Below, one piece after another: positions 26,951-33,875 of a stretch of 52,486 bases of DNA (the stretch's first letter is position 1; every line of letters begins with the position of its first letter). The DNA lies in the NCBI GenBank assembly GCA_964525525.1, contig CAZGHD010000002.1, positions 1 to 52,486 on the forward strand. The letters are read 5' to 3'. A program made the translations under genes and the position numbers. Source of the stretch: an uncultured Lachnospiraceae bacterium. GTDB taxonomy: Bacteria > Bacillota > Clostridia > Oscillospirales > CAG-272. Under the pieces are notes generated by a model, which was not told where the DNA came from, searched no databases, and saw nothing but the letters and a program-made list of their open reading frames with translations.

Positions 26951-28336
26951 TTATCTGTCGTTACTTCCGGCAAGTTCGATATTAACTATAAAATTAGATA
27001 TATCGCCGTAGTTTACGCAGTCGGCATCCTGGCCCTCTATCCAGATAAACATACGTATTCTCTGCGGAACGTTTTTCTCAAGAGTGGTTATTATAGCGTC
27101 GTTAGTAGCGCCGCTGAGCTCAATACCGCCCATTTCAACTTCGGAAACCATTCCGTTTTGAGCAGACGTATAAAGATTGTTTATGGATTTAACAAATCTG
27201 CCGCGGTTAACGTACGGCGAGATGATATTCTGCAATCTGTTTGAGTAAAAGGCTTCCGACAGCTCTTCTGCGGTTGCATCGGTGTTGGTTTGGCCGTACA
27301 TATAGGTAGCAAATTCCTGCTCAATAACGCTTCCGACACCGTTTGCGGAGTTTTTCCACTTGGTTGCCAGCTGCACGGTAAGCGAGGTAGGATGATCTCT
27401 GTCGATAACGTCAACTTCCGTGATAACGTTGTCTATTATACCGAGCGGTTTGGTTATCTCGTAATACGCCGGACTGTATCCGCCGTCCTTTGAAACGTGA
27501 AGGTCTCCGTTAGGCTCATATATGGTAAATTTATTCTGCGCGGCAGAATAAATCGACAAGTCTTCTCCTGACGACTGATATTTTCCTTTAAGTAACGCAT
27601 ATCTTCCGTCGTAATCGGTACTTGCGGCATAAGCGAGATTACTGTCGTAATCAGCCCAGTCGCTATTGACGAGAAAGCCTATGCGAAGCGATGACGCGGC
27701 AGACGCATTGGCAGACTCAAGTCTGTACACGCCCGGATTTTCTTCGTCCTCAACGACTTCCATTCTATCGATAACGAAACTTCCCTCGTTACCGCTGATG
27801 TCGCCGGTAGAGATACGGATATCGTATCCGTCACCGGGAGAAACTACCCAGAAATCAAGGTACACGTAGTTTCCTATCATACTGGTAGTCTGCTCATCAG
27901 GGGAAATATTAGCATATTCAAGCTTTCTGTCGATCAAAAAATCCGAAACGTCTTTAATCTGTCCGAGAAGAGCAAGTCCGTCCTGAACTTCCGTGTCGTC
28001 CTCCGAATAATAGTCGGGGCGGATCCAGTATTCACCGTCAACCGTTGACACGGGAGTAAGCGCCGCAAGATCGTAAAGGAAAGAATACGCGCCGTTTTTT
28101 GAAAGATCAAGCGTCTCGGAAAACGCGCCGGGATAGTGATATATCTGCCCGTTTTTCTCAACTGTCATATCTGCAGCAACTTTAATAGTGTCACTGCCGC
28201 CGATACTGATCTGAATACCATCAACCTCGGGCGTAGCCGAAATAGTAAGCCAAGCATAAGAAGACATGGCAACAAGAGTTGCAGCCACAACTATTGCCAT
28301 TATGGAAAATATTAGTTTGGCAATGAGCTTATTCAT
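26951..28336 (-). CDS. Secreted TasA-superfamily-like protein (461 aa) with SipW-type signal peptide
   Basis: MAIVVAATLVAMSSYAWLTISATPEVDGIQISIGG. Internal LRIGFLVNS and FTIYEPNGDLHV. C-terminal IRMFIWIEGQDADCVNYGDISNFIVNIELAG, shared with the 332-aa and 417-aa proteins. Confidence 0.7.
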   Translation of the reverse strand: MNKLIAKLIFSIMAIVVAATLVAMSSYAWLTISATPEVDGIQISIGGSDTIKVAADMTVEKNGQIYHYPGAFSETLDLSKNGAYSFLYDLAALTPVSTVDGEYWIRPDYYSEDDTEVQDGLALLGQIKDVSDFLIDRKLEYANISPDEQTTSMIGNYVYLDFWVVSPGDGYDIRISTGDISGNEGSFVIDRMEVVEDEENPGVYRLESANASAASSLRIGFLVNSDWADYDSNLAYAASTDYDGRYALLKGKYQSSGEDLSIYSAAQNKFTIYEPNGDLHVSKDGGYSPAYYEITKPLGIIDNVITEVDVIDRDHPTSLTVQLATKWKNSANGVGSVIEQEFATYMYGQTNTDATAEELSEAFYSNRLQNIISPYVNRGRFVKSINNLYTSAQNGMVSEVEMGGIELSGATNDAIITTLEKNVPQRIRMFIWIEGQDADCVNYGDISNFIVNIELAGSNDR

Positions 28337-28358
28337 TCACATCTTCCTCATACTTAAA

Positions 28359-30200
28359 TTATTGTTGGTTGTTTCTCATAGCAAGGCGCTGACGGCGTTC
28401 TGCCTCGCGCTGCTCTGCCTGCGCTTTCAGCTCGTTTTCGTAGTCAACGCGCTCCCGCTTTTTAAGCGGAAGATTAGATTCAAAGAATTTAAATTCATCG
28501 TAGTATACGCGCAAAAGCTCTTTTTCTTCGGCAATCTGCTTTTCAAGCGCTTCTTTTGCATCGCGTTCAAGCCGGGCCTGACGTTCAAGCTCAAGCTGTT
28601 TCTCTTCGGCAAGCTGACGGCGGAGATTTTCTTTTCTTTCCTTCTCTTGCTGCAGGATTCGCTCTTTCTCCTCCTGCCTCAGCTTCTTCTTTCTCTCTGC
28701 CGCTTCGAGCTTTCTCTGCTCTACCGCTTCTATAAGCTGAGCCGCGTCTGCAAAATCTTCTTTCTCTGCGAGATATTTTGAGAGATGCTTATCTCTCGCT
28801 TCCATATGTTCTTTTAAGTGTTTTTCAAAATGCTTTAATTCTTTACGGAAGATGTCTCCGCGACGGCGATCCTCTGCCTCGCGCATCATACGCTCGTGGA
28901 AAAGCCGCTGTTTTTCCGCTTCTTTTTCCTGGCGGATACGCTCGCGCTCGGCTTCTTTTTCCCGCTTTATCCGCTCGCGTTCCGCTTCCTTTTCGCGTTT
29001 TATGCGCTCTTGTTCTTCTTTTTTCTTTTGCGCCTGTTCTTCCACCAATCTGCGGCGCTCTGCCGCTTCTTCAGCCATGAGCTGTTCCTTGGTGAGTTCT
29101 TCTATCAGAACCTTGCGGATCTCAACGTCGGGAAGGTCGTAATCCTCGGTAAGCTCCTCAATGATCTCGCGAACGAATTTAGGTTTAAGCGCACGCTGTT
29201 TTTGTTTAGGTTTAACGGGTAACGTACGTTCAGACTCATCTTCAAGATAACCCTTGAGGATCATATAATTAAACAGGATATTATGGTATATATCGCGTTC
29301 AAAGACCTCGTTGATCTTCGGGCTCTGCTCGATAACCCTTATAGAATAACCTATGTCGCCGTAACCGCGGAGGAACTCAAGAAGCTGTGAGACCTTACGG
29401 TAATTCGGGTTTTTCTTGAGCACGTTGGTCTTGACGATATTACCCTTGACACGCGGAACCTTTTCCATTTGTTTTGCAAAAGCAGTGTTCATAAAAACTG
29501 CAAGCAAACGGTATATTTTCGAAATACGTCCGAATACCTCCGCATTTCTATCATCGGTATCAATCGCAGACTCGGTCTCCTTTATATGTATAAACATATC
29601 AACGTGAACCGCTTCTGTCATGCTCTGCATATCGGAACGCACTTTGAGCTTCGCGCCAAACTCATCACCCATCGCTTCAAAAAGCGCGTCGTGACGGATT
29701 TTTACGAAATGGTACGCCATCTCCATCGTAGTAAATACGAGACGGTTTTCATAGAGATTTTCGGTATCCTCACGAACCTTTTGCATAAGTCTTTGAGGAC
29801 GGACGTCTCCAGTCATATCATTGTAATCCTCAACGTAAGCCGCATGGCTTGTAAGGTGGCGGACAACGTCGGAATTAGTCTTCTTCGCAATAGATGCGTT
29901 AACGATTATCTCATCCTCTTTGATGATATTTCGAGGATTTCCGATAATGTTCTGCATTGCGGGAAGAGCATTTTCTATCTGATCGACCCAGTTAAGATCG
30001 ACCGCTTTTTCCAGCCTTCTGTTAGAAAACTGAAACTCGTTATCCGCTTTTGACACCGCGTCCATAAAAAACTCGTAAAATTCCGTGCTTGATATGGCGC
30101 GCAAAATACTTTTGGTAAACTTCTGATATATAGGATCGATCAGAGAAGTATTTGCTTTATTCTTTTTTGTATTCTTGGATTCTGCCACTATCTTCTCCAA
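28359..30200 (-). CDS. Partner of the McrB-like ATPase: McrC-N-terminal-like (DUF2357-like) domain with no visible nuclease motif, fused to a ~280-aa E/K/R coiled coil
   Basis: 613 aa. ENLYENRLVFTTMEMAYHF resembles the McrC/DUF2357 'ENR' block. I see no PD-(D/E)xK motif. From about aa 335: EELTKEQLMAEEAAERRRLVEEQAQKKKEEQERIKREKEAERERIKREKEAERERIRQEKEAEKQR... to the end. 14-nt gap after the ATPase gene. Confidence 0.5.
   Translation of the reverse strand: MEKIVAESKNTKKNKANTSLIDPIYQKFTKSILRAISSTEFYEFFMDAVSKADNEFQFSNRRLEKAVDLNWVDQIENALPAMQNIIGNPRNIIKEDEIIVNASIAKKTNSDVVRHLTSHAAYVEDYNDMTGDVRPQRLMQKVREDTENLYENRLVFTTMEMAYHFVKIRHDALFEAMGDEFGAKLKVRSDMQSMTEAVHVDMFIHIKETESAIDTDDRNAEVFGRISKIYRLLAVFMNTAFAKQMEKVPRVKGNIVKTNVLKKNPNYRKVSQLLEFLRGYGDIGYSIRVIEQSPKINEVFERDIYHNILFNYMILKGYLEDESERTLPVKPKQKQRALKPKFVREIIEELTEDYDLPDVEIRKVLIEELTKEQLMAEEAAERRRLVEEQAQKKKEEQERIKREKEAERERIKREKEAERERIRQEKEAEKQRLFHERMMREAEDRRRGDIFRKELKHFEKHLKEHMEARDKHLSKYLAEKEDFADAAQLIEAVEQRKLEAAERKKKLRQEEKERILQQEKERKENLRRQLAEEKQLELERQARLERDAKEALEKQIAEEKELLRVYYDEFKFFESNLPLKKRERVDYENELKAQAEQREAERRQRLAMRNNQQ
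28904..29009 (-). repeat. In-frame ~33-bp tandem repeats (about 3 units) encoding (E)KEAERERIKR
   Basis: Direct reading of ttccgcttctttttcc..gcggatacgctcgcgc / tcggcttctttttcccgctttatccgctcgcg / ttccgcttccttttcgcgttttatgcgctc. Confidence 0.7.
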
Positions 30201-30214
30201 CCTTTCTTATTTTA

Positions 30215-31837
30215 TCAGCTCATCTTCTTTAAGCGTTCTACGTATTCTTTGCAGATCGCCATTACGTTCTTACCGAACAACTTGTCAAGATAAGTATTGA
30301 ATTTTGTAAGCTCATCTTTCATAAATCCGAGGCTCAACGACTCGAATTTTCTCAAAACCTTTTTAGCAACTATAAAGTCAACTGCCTGTATTTCGGTACC
30401 TCCGCACGCGATAAAGCAAGGAACGTAGTCTCTTATCTGCTTCATAATACGGTTACCGAAAGCAAGTCTGAAATTCTTTATAAGGTAAGCGTTAAGCTCC
30501 TCAAGTTTGTCAAGCGAATCCTGAGATATGGGATACATCTCTTTCGCTTCAGCAAACATTTTGAGTATGTGATCGGTAGATACTCTAATTCCCGGTGTCA
30601 GCTCACACTCAAATGCATCAGCGCGGCTGTCAAGGTCGATCGGTATTGCACGGTCGTAAACCTTATCCGCAACGGCAAAGGTCGAGTCGTCGTTGTTGAT
30701 GGTACCGATAAACCACAGGTTATCGCTTATCTGAACCTTACCCGCCTTGATAAGGCACGGGTCGTTATCCCAAGTTGCCGAGACTATATCTATTACCTGG
30801 TCTTCCCTTCTCGGAAGCTCAAGAGTAGAAAGCATTTCTGCAAAGTAATACTCAACACGCGCGATGTTCATCTCGTCCAGGATCATCAAGTGAGGATCAC
30901 GGAAGAAATTCGCTTCGTACACGGCGCGCAGGAAGTCTGTCTCAGAATACTTTTTAGAGAATTCGTTAAAGTAACCGTAAAGCTCGGTTCTCTCACGCCA
31001 TGACGGCTGAACCGCGATAACCGACGTATCCTTACCGATAAATTTACCGAACGCATAAGGAAGCGAGGTTTTACCCGTACCGGAAATACCCTGAAGAATT
31101 ACCATTCTCGCGGTTCCGAGCGCGGCGATGAAGTAACGCATCATGTCGATATCGTAGTACAGCTTAAGCTGAGACGCCGCAAATTTACGGAACTGCTCAC
31201 AGAACCCTGCCAGAGTAACGTCGTTATCGTATTCAGGAGCAACGTACGAAGTTTTATAGAAATTATCAACCGCAGTCAAACGGAAGAATCTGCTGTCCTG
31301 CGGGTCAATGCAAGGCGACTCGAAGGTATTACGGTTATCGTTGGGAACGAATTCCACTCCGCCGTCCTCATCATTGTCCGCCTCGGTCTCAGGCTCAGCT
31401 TCTGCATCGGTCTGTTCTTCGTCCTCCACAAGAGGCACATCAATACCGTCTGCACTTCCGGTAAGTTCAGCCATTCGCATGGCAAGAAGCTTATCCTTCT
31501 CGTAATTGGCGCGAATAAGATCTCTTTGCAGATTTCTCACCTGCTTTGCCATTTCGTCATACTTTTTAGCGGGAATATAACGGCGGAATATCTTACGCAG
31601 CAGCTTTGCAAAAAGAATACAAAGCACCACGATAACAACCACGAGCAGAACGTTGACGACAATCATCAGCACCCACTCAAGCGGTGTAAATTCTCCGTTA
31701 TACTCCTGTATGACCTTCATACGAAGCGGGAAATTAAGCAAATAATATAAAAATTTGAAAATCGAACCAATAGCTTCACCAAGGAATCGGAACACACGTC
31801 CCATATCCTGATAGAAGTATCGAAAAAAGTTATCCAT
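30215..31837 (-). CDS. Membrane-anchored McrB-family (AAA_5) AAA+ NTPase
   Basis: Walker A ILQGISGTGKTS. Walker B HLMILDEMNIARVEYYFAEMLS. McrB signature WFIGTINNDDSTFAVADKVYDRA (compare GTMNxADRS...RR). N-terminal TM helix EWVLMIVVNVLLVVVIVVLCILFAKLLRK followed by a coiled and acidic linker (DEEQTDAEAEPETEADNDEDGG). Confidence 0.8.
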   Translation of the reverse strand: MDNFFRYFYQDMGRVFRFLGEAIGSIFKFLYYLLNFPLRMKVIQEYNGEFTPLEWVLMIVVNVLLVVVIVVLCILFAKLLRKIFRRYIPAKKYDEMAKQVRNLQRDLIRANYEKDKLLAMRMAELTGSADGIDVPLVEDEEQTDAEAEPETEADNDEDGGVEFVPNDNRNTFESPCIDPQDSRFFRLTAVDNFYKTSYVAPEYDNDVTLAGFCEQFRKFAASQLKLYYDIDMMRYFIAALGTARMVILQGISGTGKTSLPYAFGKFIGKDTSVIAVQPSWRERTELYGYFNEFSKKYSETDFLRAVYEANFFRDPHLMILDEMNIARVEYYFAEMLSTLELPRREDQVIDIVSATWDNDPCLIKAGKVQISDNLWFIGTINNDDSTFAVADKVYDRAIPIDLDSRADAFECELTPGIRVSTDHILKMFAEAKEMYPISQDSLDKLEELNAYLIKNFRLAFGNRIMKQIRDYVPCFIACGGTEIQAVDFIVAKKVLRKFESLSLGFMKDELTKFNTYLDKLFGKNVMAICKEYVERLKKMS

Positions 31838-31865
31838 GCTTATCTCCTAAATGGATATTGCAAAA

Positions 31866-32717
31866 TTACTTTGAAGCGTCCTCGTCGTTTTTGGGAGCAT
31901 CGTCATCCGACTTGATGCCCATGCTCTGCATAAGCTCGGCCTTGAGCTTTTCGCGGAGCTCTGCCTCCATCTTCGCGCGCTCTTCTTCTTTTGCCGCATT
32001 GAGCTTCTTCTCCTGCTCGGCGAGCATATCCTCCGTGCGGCCGCGCTCCTGCTCGTACTTGATGCGGTTCTTTACGTTCTGATACTCAAACAGTACGCGG
32101 AAGAACTGTACAAGGTAGAAAAGGAAGAATATAAATACGGGAATAACTACGACTATAAGGAATCCCGTACTGTCCTGAAGATAGTCAAATACCTTACCGA
32201 TACCGCCTACTTTGAAGCGGTAAATACCGACGACCTCAGACTCGTGAACGGTCAGAGGGTCGACTGCGGTGTTCGCTTCACCCTTTGTGGAGAAGATAAG
32301 GTATCCGCCGCCGTCGTAAATCTCGTAAATTTTATGCGTATTGAGCACTCTTTCGCCGTTGATAACAGTCCAGTAGGTGATAATATCGCCTATTTTCAGA
32401 TCATCGGGGTCTGCCGCGGTATCAAAAATAAGATCGCCGGGCTTGAGTATCGGGTACATTGATTCGGTCTGAATGGAGTACATTTGAAGTCCGAATATGC
32501 TGGGAACTCCGTTACCCGAGGTGTTTACGTAAGAAATGTAGGTAGAAATCGCCGCCAGTATAATAGCGAAAACAAGCACTACGTTGATGATGGTACTTGC
32601 AATACGCTGTCCTTTGCTCGCTTTTTTCACGACCTCGACTTCTTCTTCGCCGTTTTCGGCGGACTTAACTTCGAGTTCTTCTACGTTCGGGCTCTCGGTT
32701 TGTTTTTTCGCTTTCAT
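31866..32717 (-). CDS. sipW: Signal peptidase I, archaeal/ER type (SipW-like), copy 2, with coiled-coil C-terminal tail
   Basis: SIQTESMYPILKPGDLI (Ser), LNTHKIY (His), STKGEANTAVD. N-terminal and C-terminal TM helices. Tail EQEKKLNAAKEEERAKMEAELREKLKAELMQ. Confidence 0.8.
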   Translation of the reverse strand: MKAKKQTESPNVEELEVKSAENGEEEVEVVKKASKGQRIASTIINVVLVFAIILAAISTYISYVNTSGNGVPSIFGLQMYSIQTESMYPILKPGDLIFDTAADPDDLKIGDIITYWTVINGERVLNTHKIYEIYDGGGYLIFSTKGEANTAVDPLTVHESEVVGIYRFKVGGIGKVFDYLQDSTGFLIVVVIPVFIFFLFYLVQFFRVLFEYQNVKNRIKYEQERGRTEDMLAEQEKKLNAAKEEERAKMEAELREKLKAELMQSMGIKSDDDAPKNDEDASK

Positions 32718-32790
32718 ACTGATTCGCTCCGTTCTTGTTTTTTATCTTTTATTGTCTATAATTAAATAAAATTCGACATTGGGTACGCGA

Positions 32791-33789
32791 TTATTCTATC
32801 GGTACGAGACCGGACTGACCGTCCGACTTGGTGGCAAACTGCACGTTTGCCTGAAGCTGAGACTCATGTCCGATAACGTTGGTGCAGTCCTTATCCTGCC
32901 CTTCAAGCCAAACGTAAAGACTGACCTTTGCAAGCTCGTCGTTAGTGATTGTAAACAGCTCGGTATCCGTAAGGAATTCACCAAGCGAGCGGACGACGAG
33001 TCCGTTTTGCACAGGGTCATTCTCGATCCATGAGTTCATAGTTTGCGTTATAATAAACTCTTCGGGACGCAGGGTCGCGGCGCCGTCTTTGCTCGGCGTC
33101 GGAGCATAACCCGTAGTTCCGTCGACGTGATTGTCACAGTTAGGTTCGTATATGTAAAATACGGCGGGAATATCTTCTTTGAGGTTACCCTCAAGGTCGG
33201 TCTTTTCGATCAGAAGTCCTATGCGGATAGCAAGCTCCGCGCCGTGACTGCCGTTGTCATGGCTGATGGTTTCGGGATTCCAAACAGGGGTTCCTATTAC
33301 GTAGGTACCCGCGCCTTGAAGTCCTTCTTCGACTTCTATCGCGGAAGTGAGGCTGACGTTGACCTTCTGTTCACATCGGGCGTAGAAAACGCCTTTCATG
33401 TAGTATCCGTCAGCGTTGTCTTTGTTTGCGTTGCGGGAATCGGTAAGCGGTTCCCAAATATCGGTTAAGCGTCCGTCAATACCGTAGGTAGCCGCGTAAA
33501 AACGCTGGTCTGCTTCTGACCAGGTTATAGGACGCAGGGGTGCGGTCTCACCGCAAAGCTCCGCCATGTTAAGCTGCAGCTTCCATTCGGTTGCCAGCGG
33601 GTCGGCGGAGAGTTCAAGGCCGGAGGGCGAGTTAACGTATATCGCCATATCGCTGACCTCAGGAGTTCGGCTTATAGAAAACCAGGTGTAGGTCGCCACC
33701 GAAAACAAGCTGAGCAAAACTAAAAGCACGTATAAGTAAATTATGGTGCGTATGCGTCTACGCCTTTGTTTTTGTTCTGTTTTTTTCAA
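32791..33789 (-). CDS. Secreted TasA-superfamily-like protein (332 aa) with SipW-type signal peptide
   Basis: TTG start with AAGGAG RBS. LLSLFSVATYTWFSISRTPEVSDMAIYV. AELAIRIGLLIE, FYIYEPNCDNHV. C-terminal VSLYVWLEGQDKDCTNVIGHESQLQANVQFAT. Confidence 0.7.
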   Translation of the reverse strand: MKKTEQKQRRRRIRTIIYLYVLLVLLSLFSVATYTWFSISRTPEVSDMAIYVNSPSGLELSADPLATEWKLQLNMAELCGETAPLRPITWSEADQRFYAATYGIDGRLTDIWEPLTDSRNANKDNADGYYMKGVFYARCEQKVNVSLTSAIEVEEGLQGAGTYVIGTPVWNPETISHDNGSHGAELAIRIGLLIEKTDLEGNLKEDIPAVFYIYEPNCDNHVDGTTGYAPTPSKDGAATLRPEEFIITQTMNSWIENDPVQNGLVVRSLGEFLTDTELFTITNDELAKVSLYVWLEGQDKDCTNVIGHESQLQANVQFATKSDGQSGLVPIE

Positions 33790-33845
33790 GATTGGCTCCT
33801 TGTATTATCAAAAAAGGGGGAATTTCGGATTTTTCATCGGGGTTT

Positions 33846-33867
33846 CCCCCGCCCCGAAGGGCGGGGG
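33846..33867 (-). terminator. Very strong GC hairpin (9-bp stem, UUCG tetraloop) immediately 3' of the 779-aa gene; candidate attenuator or mRNA-stabilising element
   Basis: Minus strand reads CCCCCGCCC-TTCG-GGGCGGGGG, starting 8 nt after the TAA stop. It is followed by AAACCCCG, and a T-run comes only ~35 nt later, so it is not a textbook terminator. Confidence 0.5.
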
Positions 33868-33875
33868 AATGAGAA

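Noticed and set aside
28359-31837. Calling the AAA+ pair a conventional McrBC type IV restriction system
   Set aside because: The NTPase has a TM helix instead of a DNA-reader domain. I can see no PD-(D/E)xK nuclease in the partner. The pair is embedded co-directionally inside the fibre operon. It is kept as an open alternative in the finding, not as an annotation.
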